A program made the translations under genes and the position numbers. From contig NW_003314264.1 of assembly GCF_000143415.4 (NCBI RefSeq), positions 2,055,710 through 2,119,709 of the forward strand: a stretch of DNA of 64,000 nt, written 5' to 3'. Positions 51,001 to 64,000 of the stretch are shown one piece after another. The stretch comes from Selaginella moellendorffii. Taxonomy: Eukaryota > Plantae > Lycopodiophyta. The notes below the pieces were generated by a model, which was not told where the DNA came from, made no database searches, and worked only from the letters and a program-made list of their open reading frames with translations. Numbering within the stretch: the stretch's first letter is position 1; every line of letters begins with the position of its first letter.

Positions 51001-53409
51001 CCCTCTGACTTTCAGATTCCCAGCAAATGCAAAATTATATGGAACTCTTCGCATTCACCACCTTGGCAAGAGAAAATATTTGAAAGTTATTTTGTGTTTT
51101 GATATTTCGCACACTGCACTTCAGATTGCGCCATTGGCCAATGCTACATGCCTGCCGCGAGAAGAATCTCACAAGCAACAGCGTTTTCTCTCAGGTAGAG
51201 TGCTGTAAAAACTCTTACAGTGCTTATGTGCAAAGCTGCCAGCAGCTAGCGGCCTTTTTTTTGCAGTAAGCCACGGAAGGGGAGGTTCTCTCTGAACATT
51301 CCATTGCAAATCTCCTTGGTGCTACCAGCATTGACGACAGAAGGAAATCACGCTTATGCTCCTCTGGCGCCTGTGAAAAATTCTCAACCCACAAGAAAAT
51401 CTATAACTTTGAGCTTTTAAAAGTCAAGGAATTTTGATCAGGTGCAAAAATAGTATTAGCACATTTTGAGTTAAGCCATCGTTTTGGTTGCGAGAGCTCG
51501 CCAGGTGAGGTGATCCAAGTCTTTTCAAGAATGATGCATTCTTCATTGCTCTTGATTTGCCTCTGTGTGTTTCTCACAGGCTAACATGCTTGAAGTTGGC
51601 TTGAAGGAGCTGGAAGTGCTGGGCTTTAGATTTGTTGTCCATTTAATCCACATAAGCAATGTAGGTTTCTCTTTTCATTACTCACTTGATTCTCTCTAAT
51701 ATTTTCAATGGAAAACATGCTTAATAAAGTTTTGAACTTACCAAATCAAGTATAGTTATAACATGTAGAGATTATTTAATATTTTAATTTTGTAAGGACT
51801 TTAATATGATACTAAGATTGATGGGAGAACTCTAAAACACTTTCTCTTGAACCCAAACAAGCTTAGAACACAATGTTGCTATGACAAACAGCTTGATGTC
51901 GTTTTAGCAACTATAGATCAACTATAAATTCAAATTCTAAACTGATAAACTATTTTAAGTGTATGAAGAATTTTAGAGTAGTTAAATAAAGTCACTTAAG
52001 TTATTTGACACTCAATATTTAAAGGAATAAAGTTGAGAACACTTAGTTATATTACCAAATCTGTCCATGGTTGTGGGAAACCTGAGTTAAATGGTAGAGC
52101 AATTTAAAGCGGGTAAACAATAACTAACAAAGATGTTAATTAAATTTCTAATTCTTTCATGCAAAAAAAATAAAATTTAAAACCACCTTAAATTTGCATA
52201 ATAGAGCAAAATTACTAACATTTTAAGTAACTTGCACTAAATGTCATCACCCCAAATGCCATCACAATAACCCCTCTATAGCCATGACATTTCCCTTGGA
52301 AAAACTTTTACCATGATATCTTATGTATTTATTGTGACAAAAGTATAAAGTTGAGCATAAATGAATAAAATTGAGGGACACATAAAGTTAGGTAAGAGTA
52401 ATAACCACTGGAAATAAAAAATTTATGCTTCTCAATTGAGCATAACATAACCATAATATATAGAAGCATATAAATTCAAATGCATCCTTATTATACAACC
52501 AGGAGATAACTATCAGAAATCATTTCAATGAAGAGCAATTATGGTACCATCATCAAGAAAAGCAAAACATAATTAATGTCCTATATATTTCTCAAGATTA
52601 TATATAAGCAATGATTATTCAAACATAAATAAGATTAATAGAGAAGATCTACATTTGTGATGATAATTGTCGAAACAAGTGTGAATGAAAAATCTAATAT
52701 TGTAGCTAAACACAATATTTATAAAATATCAGCACAAATGAATTACCATAAAAGTAAAGTTAATATTATACTTTTTTATTTTTATATTGGTAGTTTTTGT
52801 GGTTTCTCTCTTCTCTACACTATAAGATTTTATTAAATATTTATTTTTGCTAATATGTGTAGCTTATTTTCTAGCATACATACCTTATTTAATATCTAAA
52901 GTTAAAGAAGAAACAAGTTTCTCACAATTTTAATATATTCCTACTTTATCAAAAACTCTTTTTATAAGTTTTTTTGTTATATAACTTACATATCTAACTT
53001 TGTCATAGGATTAACTTTAGTATTTTAGATATCATAAAGTATACATAAAACATTAAATTAATATAATTTAGTATATAAAGTTAGCAAGAATTTATAATTC
53101 TTGAGAATATAGTAAGTGTGTAAATTCTCTGCTCTTTCTTAAATTATTCATCAAATAAAACTTGGTTACAAGAACATTATAATAATTTTAAAAAATGTAA
53201 ATTGTAATAACTCTTTCTCACCTAATAATTTTTAATAGTAAAACTGTATACATTAATGATTTTAGTAGTTGCATCTCATTTCTTTAACAAATCTTGAAAT
53301 ATAAAAAAGTAAAAAAAATTTAGTATAAAGTGTTTTAGTACTTTATAGAGCCTTTAATGGCCACCCAATATTTAAAATAATAGAATTGATAAAAAAATTC
53401 ATTTTAATA

Positions 53410-54614
53410 CCTTGCTACAAAATTAGTTATCATACAAAATTGCGTATAAATATCATCATACAGCCTTCTGTATTAACTGCAAGCATAATAATGTTTAAAT
53501 AATAAATTTATAAAACTTATAATAACTACCTCTCTTAAATTTGACCATTTTGGAATAACACCTATATTAGGTAGGAGAAACAAAAATATAAATATGTAAG
53601 ATATAAAAGGTTAAATATAAACATTATAATACCTCTTGAATTTTTTTGTTTAACCGATTTTTCTCCAAAAATCTCCCCTTTATATATTTCTCTAGACCGT
53701 TTTCTCCCCTATTAAATATAAATATATATAAATTAGAAAACCAAAACATAAAACTATACCTGCTCAAAAGTTATATATTGTGCATCAGAAGATAATACCT
53801 TTACTAAGAATATTAAAATAAAATTAAAAGAATAAAACACTTTTACCTCCCAACTATTCTCCTTTGACCATTTCAAAGATGGTCTCAAATAGGACTTCAA
53901 AGTTATATATATACCTCCTTCCCCATATGGACGTTCCAAGAGTGCAATCTTAAAAATTATAAATATTAGTGTGTAGTAGAATGAAGATTATAAATCTCAC
54001 CTCTATAGTATCCTTTCCTATAAGCTTTCTAATAGTACATTGCCACCAACAACCTGATGTCCACCAATCAACTTGATCCCCAACTTTCCAATCTTTAGAA
54101 ATCGTGATAGCTTCTTTGAAACTAGATTGGAAGAACTTATCCTCTCTAAGAAAGGGCGGTGGCATTGGACGAATCATGTGTTGAAGGTGCTTCTTCATGG
54201 GCTTCCTTGATGAGAAAGGGCTTATCTGATACTCCAATGTCCAATGATCCTCTAAAAGAGAACAAGATATGTCAAATTTACACATAAAACCACAAGAAAC
54301 CGTGCTAAAAACCGCAAGAAACCGTGCGAAAACTCGCACAAAACCGCAGTTCTTGCACCTCAAATCAGGTGCATACCCTCCTCCTCGTAGTCTAGATACT
54401 TCAAAAGATATTTGAGCCTCCCCTCCTTCATCCTCCCATCCTTCACAAGATCAATATCTTGGATCTGAAAAGAATCATGTGATCTATCAAAGAGGAGATA
54501 CACTAGAAAGACTCAGACCTTGCATCTAAACCATGCCCCCCTGTAGCCACTAAGATTAGATCTCACTTCCACCTCTTGACCTTTGTAGAAATCACAACAA
54601 GGAGGAGGCGCCAT
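53410..54614 (-). pseudogene. Agenet/Tudor-domain protein gene, likely a pseudogene
   Basis: MAPPPCCDFYKGQEVEVRS..GYRGAWFRCK | ..LKYLDYEEE | ..IRPMPPP..WKVGDQVDWWTSGCWW | ..GEGG..LRPSLKW. Exon 2 has a 14-nt duplication causing a frameshift. 3' exons are extremely AT-rich, so the 3' boundary is approximate. Confidence 0.75.
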
Positions 54615-54691
54615 AAGAACCCTCCGCTCAAGAAGAGGCACTTTCTTTTGCCCTAAGCCCCAAATCCATGAGGCGCATATTCACGCCCAAA

Positions 54692-54789
54692 ACCGACCTT
54701 CCACGTGGCGCCACGTGAGTGGTAGCCATAAGAGGCGAATATTCACTCGAAAGCGCTCGTGCCATTGTAGCGCGGGCTTCTAGGGTTTG
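54692..54789. promoter_or_regulatory. Compact divergent promoter: DRE-like ACCGAC, double G-box palindrome, telo-box
   Basis: ACCGAC at 54692, CACGTGGCGCCACGTG at 54702-54717 and TAGGGTTT at 54781, lying between the divergent ATGs at 54614 and 54972. Confidence 0.55.
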
Positions 54790-54971
54790 TCGTGTCGTGC
54801 AGCAGAAGAAATGGCGCTCTAGAGCAATCGTCTTCGTTTCCTCGCAAGGTATCTATCGATCGCGTCTCTCCTCGGCGCAACCAAAATCGTGGCCCGCCGG
54901 CGCAAATGCGGGGCTTTGAGCTGCTGGAGCGCCCTCGCGATGCCCCCAGCTAAGTCTAGCACCACGGAGCA

Positions 54972-57665
54972 ATGGCCAGGTACGCACCGGTGGACGCGCT
55001 CCAGCACCAGCACGGCAAGAACGAAGATTTCTTTCTGGTAGACTCCAATCCCCCGGCGATTTCGGCGCCGAGTTTCTCCTTCCGGGAGGCCAACGCCTTC
55101 CGCTCGGCCCTTAATCCCAGCGACGCCGCCGCCGCCATCTATCACTCCTTGCCAGACGAGTGGTCGGGCACGACAAACGCCGTGCCCGATACGCCGCTCC
55201 AGCAGCAGCAGTGGCTCGCCCAAAACTCCAATCTTTCTGGAGGACCTTTGTGGCCGGGATCGCACGAGAGCTTAGATGGAAGTGGTGGTGGTAACGACTA
55301 CGCCCCGGACAAGAAGCCCAGGATAGAAAAACAGGACTCTTTCGACGAGGATCACCACCGCCGCTTGCCGCCAGCGCTGGGACTTCACGGCTACATAGGT
55401 GACGAGAACTTGAGGAAGCTCCAGGCGCTCCAGAGGCAAGGGAGCGCGCTGGAGGCCAACCAGAGGATCATCAACGCCTTGTACAGCTCCAGGCAGGCTC
55501 CAAGCTTGCAAGGAGCGTATCACCAGCTCGATCAACTCAAAGCTCGTCAGCTCACTACCTCGGGACACTTTGTTGATGGAAATCTTTTGCGGCAGTATGG
55601 GATCCAACATCTGGTCGTGGATCCAAGCCACCAGCAGCAGTCACTGTTGGTACGTTACGTAGGAAACAAAAAGAAAAATTTGGTCTCCTTGTTTGCTAAC
55701 ATATAACTTCCTTTTCGCTGTACCAGCAAGGACACAACTATCAACCTCCTTTCCAGTCAATCAATCATCCAGTCTTTCAAGTACAATATCAACAACAAGG
55801 AGGAGCAAACCCGTTATACTCTCAGCCAAGGTTGCAAGTGGCTTATGGACTAAAGCCAGAAGGAATCAAGCATCCGTTGTCACTGGCTGCGTATGCGAAG
55901 TGCTCTCAAGTGTTGACTCTCTGCATTCAAGAGCAAAGGCGTAAGCCCAGTGTACGTTTCGTTTCTAGGTTTTGTATCTCTTGCTTCGAGCTCAATCCAC
56001 GTTTTTATGTGTGCAGGACAACTCTGTCCAGTTCTGGAGGAATCTCTTTCAAACGTTCTTTACCGAGAATGCAACGCAGCGCTGGTGTTTGTCCTGCTAT
56101 AATTCGTGTCCTGTGGGGCGCCATGCACAGGGCCTCTTTCCGATGGTGAAAACTTTTGTTGCTTTTACAGTTCGTTTCGTGATACTAATAGAGGATCTCT
56201 TTCCAGGATCATTGGAAATGCAATTTGTGCGTGGTGGAACCTGGTCGTGGATTCGGTATGTTGCTCACCATTCGCAGTAAAGCGTTTTTACGATTTTTGT
56301 TTTTTCTTTATCATACACGCAGAGGCTGGCGTGGATGTTCTTCCGAGGCTTTTCAAGATCAAGTTCGATAGTGGACTGCTTGAGGAGCTTTTCTTCTTGG
56401 AACTCCCGGACGAGTAATTTTATTTTGCGATGAGTGCAGTGGAGTAACAGATTGTTTCAGGAGGTATGCTTTATCATCAGGATTCGCAGTTTTCGAGTAT
56501 GCTAGAGCAGTTCACGAATCCTCTTTCCCGGAAGTCAGGGTAACGCTCGTGATTGTTTTATATATACATTTTGATCAAGCAATCCGCTCTGCAGATAGTC
56601 AAACATGGGCGATTCCGAGTGACATTCAACCATATGTTTAAGGCAAGTGACTGGCTTTGATTATCCCTGTTATAACTTTCTCATCGCAGATATGCTCATG
56701 GGAGTTTTGTACAAAGTCACACGAAGAGGTGGTGCCCCGCAAGAATCTCCTCCAGCAGGTTACATCGCGATGCATAGATTTTCTTTTCTTTCTCTCCTTA
56801 TCATGTTATCCTGCTGGAACAGGTGCATCAACTGTCAAATCTCGTTCACGAGGTCGAGAAGGAAGGCTTTGACGCAAGCGTGGAAAACTTGAAAAACCAT
56901 TGCAATGCGTAAGCAAGGCGCCTTTTCTTGACGTATTTCCGGCTCAAACGTTCGTTTGCTTGCATTTTAGATTCCATTTGGCAGCCAAGCAACTTGCGGT
57001 AAAGATAGACGCGCCCTCTGTAAACGACCTCGGATTTTCAAAGCGATACATAAGATGCTTGCAGGTAAGCCGTGAGCATATCAGACACTTGATCATATTT
57101 CCGTGTTTAACAGATAGCAGAGGTGGTCAACAGCATGGAAGATTTAGTAACCTTCTCGAAGAAAACAGGCCTGGGTCCAATCGGTCAGTAGTTCCTTAAT
57201 TCCTTTGATCCTTATCTTACACATTTTTTGTCGTCGCAGAGAGCCTGTCAAAGTTTCCCAATCTTCGAAAGAGGCCTCTGGACGACTCGTCGCCGCAGTC
57301 CTCCATCACTTATCTTCCATCTCATCCAGACAACAACAGGCTCTCCTCGCCGCCGGCGACACCGTATCATCATCCGCCACCGCCAGAGCTCCGGGGTCAT
57401 TATCNNNNNNNNNNNNNNNNNNNNNNNNNNNNNNNNNNNNNNNNNNNNNNNNNNNNNNNNNNNNNNNNNNNNNNNNNNNNNNNNNNNNNNNNNNNNNNNN
57501 NNNNAGGACTTCGTGGCCCAAGCGCGTGCAAAGTCAGGCTTGCAGCAGCATCAAAACGCTACCCATTCCTCCATGCGGACGGCGACGGTGCTCTCGGCGG
57601 GCCAGCAGAGCTTACCCGGCACCCCGCAGAGCGAGATGAGTGATCTTCGGTCCAATGCGAATTAA
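54972..57665 (+). CDS. SEUSS/SEUSS-like transcriptional co-regulator (LIM-binding domain), multi-exon
   Basis: Q-rich N-terminus. Exons read DNSVQFWRNL..WCLSCY, WKCNLC..PGRGF, VLPRLFKIKFDSG..EELF, ICSWEFC..HEE, VNDLGFSKRYIRCLQ and IAEVVNSMEDL..GPI. An assembly gap falls in the last exon. Confidence 0.9.
57405..57504. other. Assembly gap (100 N)
   Basis: Run of N. Confidence 1.
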
Positions 57666-60245
57666 AGGAGAAGAACGAACGAACGAACAAAAAAACAAAA
57701 AAAAACCAGTCAAGAAGAACTAGGAGGTAACCTCTATTTGGTTTTCTACGTTTTGCCTGGCCCGGGAAAATTTTGACGACTATATATGTAATGATCGTTT
57801 TGAAGGTTAGATGGGAAATCTGCTATGGTTTCCTTTGAGCAATCTTAAGTTTCTATAAAAATAACATATTTTATAGTCCGGGCAACTCAAACGCCGCCAC
57901 GCCTTAATAGATATATCGATTATTATAACTAGATGCCGTACGACAAAACAAATCGTACGAGTCTGGTTGGTCCCCCAAGACAAGGGCAACAGAAAGCGCG
58001 CTTTTTCTCCACGAGCGCTGGAAGCTACGGCCCTACGTGGCGGCTCATACGGTTCCACATCACCCCCTAAGGTACGAATGGCGAATCACGCATGAAATCA
58101 ACGATAAAAACATTTTTAATTTGGCCAATAGATAAGGATCCGGGTGTTTGCTTCTAACTGGTTACTTGACTGACCTATGAGGAAAATGGCATGTGTGTGG
58201 GCAAGCTGCAAGGTGGCAACGACCAAAACTTAGCGCGCATTTGCGTGGCACGCTTGCATGGTGGGCACATAGCACATTCCGAAAGATGCCCGATTCCAAA
58301 ATATTCTGGAATATTATCTGTACAGTGGTATATGTATTCTTTTTTCTTTTTGGTTTTTTCTTCTTTTTGTATATCCTGGAGCCCAGCTCGACTTGTTCTT
58401 TCCTCTCTGGTGACTTTGCAAGTTGTGCGTTGTTTTTGGTGTTTATACGAATGTGTGGGAAAAGTATGGTGCAGATTTGAGATGCTTTCATTTTTGCAAA
58501 CCAAACAGTGGGGACCTGGACCCATATGCATAGATTCTAAATGTGCGCTGTAAAACGCTAGTACTTTTTACTTGAATTTTCTACTTATCTATACATTTTG
58601 TGTTGTTGGGATATGGCCGCAAAGGTTGAGACTTTCAATTTCTCCATCGCAAATCGATGAGAAGTTTCCTAGTTTCAGACAAACTTGCTTTTCAATGCTC
58701 GTGTGTATATATATTATATTCTCACGTATGGTATATCTTTATACACAAAATGATCTAAGCGCCGACACAGGAGTCCCTGTCTCGGGCAGCCACCTTGGAA
58801 CTTTGATGATGTAGAGAGATTGACCACTGCGTATGAAATCTTTTGGGGGGAGGGCTGGAGCCTCTGCATCAGTGATCATGCCGAACTTGATTTTCCCGAA
58901 AACGAACCAAGCCTGAGCGTAGGAGGCGGCAGCTTTGTGGATCCTTTTTGGCAACCAAATACCTCACGAAACTATATGGCCGCCACTGAAAAATGCCAAG
59001 GTGAAACACAATTGTTGCATGGAATGAAAGATGCAACAATGGGAGAGTTCCAGTGGTCTTTTCCAAACTTAATTTATGGATTTCTGTCTGGTATGCCATT
59101 ATTTGCGGTCACAAAATATTATTAATGTGTTGTTAAGTTTGGCTGGGAGCGGTGACTGATCACCATTATACAAGAATATATGCATTTGTAAGCAACGATC
59201 TCTCCTCCTCCTCTTGGACGCTTACAACCAAAACAAAAAATCATACCGCCCACCAACGCACTTCTTATTGTCATGTTCATTAAATTTTATTTTTTTTCTA
59301 GTAGTGCTTTGTTGCGCCATCACCCAGCCAAGCAAATCGTATGGTATTTTGCGCTTTAAACCCTACGTGTCCGTGTGCATGGCGTCTAAGCCTTGGAAAA
59401 TCAATTCATCTGGCGTACAAGGTTTGAGAATGTTCTACTAATCCAATCAAAAAGACTGTACCACCTTCTGGCTTTTCAGTCCAATCAATCGCTCCAAAAT
59501 GTTTAATAGTGTTTCTTTCTACCAGAGCGCTCACAACCATCCATCCCTGGGGCATGGGAATCTTTGCCCCTCTCTCACACGGCGCATATGCCCTAACAGC
59601 GACAAATGATTCCTTCACGTGAACCACTGAAATATCAACCACAGCAAAACTTTGGGGGCCGGCCGCTCGGACGGAATATTCGCACCCGATGCTAGGGTTT
59701 GTGGGCTGGCAGTGACGGACGGAGCCGTCAGTCAGTGGAACGGAGGCCTCCGTGTTGTGGTGTCCCTGTGTAGTATATTGTGGTGTCCGCATCTTTTCTT
59801 TTCTCCCCGTCAAGAACTAGGCAAGAGCTTCGTGCGAAGCTCTTAGCAACCGCCACGGATCATCGATCGATAGGTAAGGGTCGATATCGATCATCGACGC
59901 GAGGCTTTCTCTTCGTGGCGGCAGCGCCGTCTATTTCGCGGCTAGAAGTGATCTCTTGGCAGCCGTTGCGCTAGCTCGATTTGTCACCGACAATCCCAAT
60001 CGAGAGCAATCGGGGCTTGGAATCACCGTAATATTTCTTCCTCTCCCCCTTTCTTGTGAGGTCGTGGCGCCGTAGAGCTGGAGGCGGTCGATTCAGCATG
60101 GTGAAGATCGTCAAGAAGAAGTCGAGGGTGAGGCGGCCGAGTGCTCGCAAACGCGAGAGCCGCAAGGTTTACAGATAGATGGAATAATCTGCGCGTTGCC
60201 TCGCGATCGATCGCTGGTCGAGGGACAAGAGCAAGGGAGGGAGGG

Positions 60246-62362
<2,117 letters not shown>

Positions 62363-62860
62363 AAGCCACGCTCGGTTCTTTTTTCGTGTTTTTCATCTTC
62401 TTCCTCCTTTTTTTGCGCGAAGGGTCGTCACTTTGTACCATAGCCGGATCGAAAAAAGATCGTCAAAAGATCGTCAAAAGATTCATTTTGTCGAGAAAGG
62501 AAGATACACACACAACACATATACTGTAAAAAGAGAAAATATATTCCTTTTTTTTCTGACTCCTGTAAAAAGAGAAAGGAAAAAGCATTATGTTTTTTTT
62601 CCGACACCTGTAATAAGAGAGGAAAAAACATCATTTTTTTTTAATTCCGACTCGAGAGGAAAAAAACTATCATTTTTTTTTTCAAGCTTGTCTCTAGAAA
62701 CAGCTAAATATTTACAAAAAGAGCCTTGGTTTTTCGTCCTTCCCTCTCCGTGTCAAAGTCCTTCAGTCAGGATTAATGTACAAGCTCGTTTTTTTACTTC
62801 TTTACCTCCAAAGCTTTACCTTGAAGAAGTCTGGACTTCTTACAACCACCGCCACTGCTC

Positions 62861-64000
62861 TCAGCCATCGTCGTCATCTTCACAGTCGTAGTCGTCCTCT
62901 TCCTCGTGGCCCCTCTCGGTGTGCAAATCTAACAGTCCTAACCTCATCTTGTCCGATGGTATTTGCGGCCACTCTTCCTCCTCCTCCTCCGCCGCCGCCG
63001 CTTCCTCTTTCTCTACACCCGCTGCTACTGCCTCTTTCTCCTTCTTCACGTCGCTACACCCTGCTATGTCCCCGTTCTCGTCCAGCCCCATGTTAAGATC
63101 AAAGTCCCGGGGCTGTGACTTCCCAACCGGCGCTTGTCCCTGTCCCTGTTTAGTCGAAGTTGATGTTGTGGTGATCGACGTCGTCGTCTTGGGGCTCCCT
63201 ATGTTGCTATCAGTATCGGTGCTACCATCGTTATCCATGTCCGCATCCGCGTCGTCAGATTTGTGGTGAGCTGCTGGTATTTCTAACCTCTCCGGAACAA
63301 CGTCGCCTCTACCGCCAGAGGTTCCGTTCCTACCTCTCCCCCTGCCTCGGCCCCTGCCTCTACCCCTTCCTACTGTAGTGGACTCCTGCGAAAAAAACAA
63401 AATTTTTACTCAGTTGGAAGGTTGAAAAAGTAGTTTGGGATCTTGAAGTCTTACCGATTTTGGTCTCTTGACTTCCTCTTCTTCCGAGCCATTGTCATCT
63501 CCGTCCGAGATTTTCCTACAGCACACACAGCGAGGCATGAGCCGCTGGCCAAAAGAAAATCACCGAAGAAGAAATGGGGGAAACGTAGTTTATACCTTCG
63601 GCGGCTACCATTTCTCTCGTCCGCGGTGTCAGAGCCCATGTCTGGGACCTTGGAAACTATTTCACGAAGAAAATCAAATACGCTATTAGTTTGGACACAT
63701 TGCTTCCTGCAAGAAAAAAGGATAAGACTGAGAAGGAAAGCAATCTAGTACTTACAAATGAGAAGAACTCATTGTCTTGGCCCCCCTCCCCAGAGTTATT
63801 TCATACGTCTTGTCACAAAGGTCTTGTAAGAAAAGCTCCAGAGCCTTTGCTGCGATTCAAGGCGATGGTGAAACAACTCTAGAAAAAAAATTCGAATTTT
63901 TACTTACAGATCAGCACAGGAGTCGCAAGAGCGATCTTCCCAACTTCCTCGTCCGCTTGCATTATCTTCTTTATCCTTGCCTGAGCAACAAAAGGAAACA
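62861..64000 (-). CDS. DRAP1: NC2-alpha / Dr1-associated corepressor (histone fold); first exon lies beyond the window end
   Basis: ARIKKIMQADEEVGKIALATPVLI | KALELFLQDLCDKTYEIT..GAKTMSSSHL | KQCV..VFDFLREIVSKVPD, then GRGRGR, RDFDLN and an acidic tail. Confidence 0.93.

Noticed and set aside
58760-59800. Short ORFs between the SEUSS-like gene and CIPK
   Set aside because: No recognisable domain or consistent exon chain. May be a decayed gene fragment but unsupported.

Overview
Eukaryotic plant genomic DNA. The very short GT-AG introns (45-80 nt), compact genes and chromovirus content suggest an early-diverging land plant such as the lycophyte Selaginella (inference). 1-32.8 kb is a nest of LTR retroelements whose order can be read from 5-bp TSDs. 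A ~650-bp TRIM-like element (1418-32763) holds a degenerate LTR element C1 (1446-8180) and a solo C LTR. The solo LTR holds non-autonomous element A1 (9069-31917), which holds a near-intact Ty3/gypsy chromovirus B1 (10076-17593) and a second A element (19724-27532). B1's integrase is split by two apparent spliceosomal introns. Families A and B share a covarying multi-hairpin segment with two tRNA-like T-loops. 33.8-39.5 kb is an 11-exon, ~1640-codon pseudogene resembling ParB-like + degenerate amino-methyltransferase-like + FCP1-type HAD domains, peppered with about 12 copies of a 20-bp palindrome. 39.9-45 kb holds a truncated second B copy, RT and LTR debris and a MULE remnant. The rest is host genes: an F-box remnant, an Agenet-domain pseudogene head-to-head with a SEUSS-like gene, a CIPK, and the 3' part of NC2-alpha/DRAP1. 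All calls were made by eye, with no database searches.
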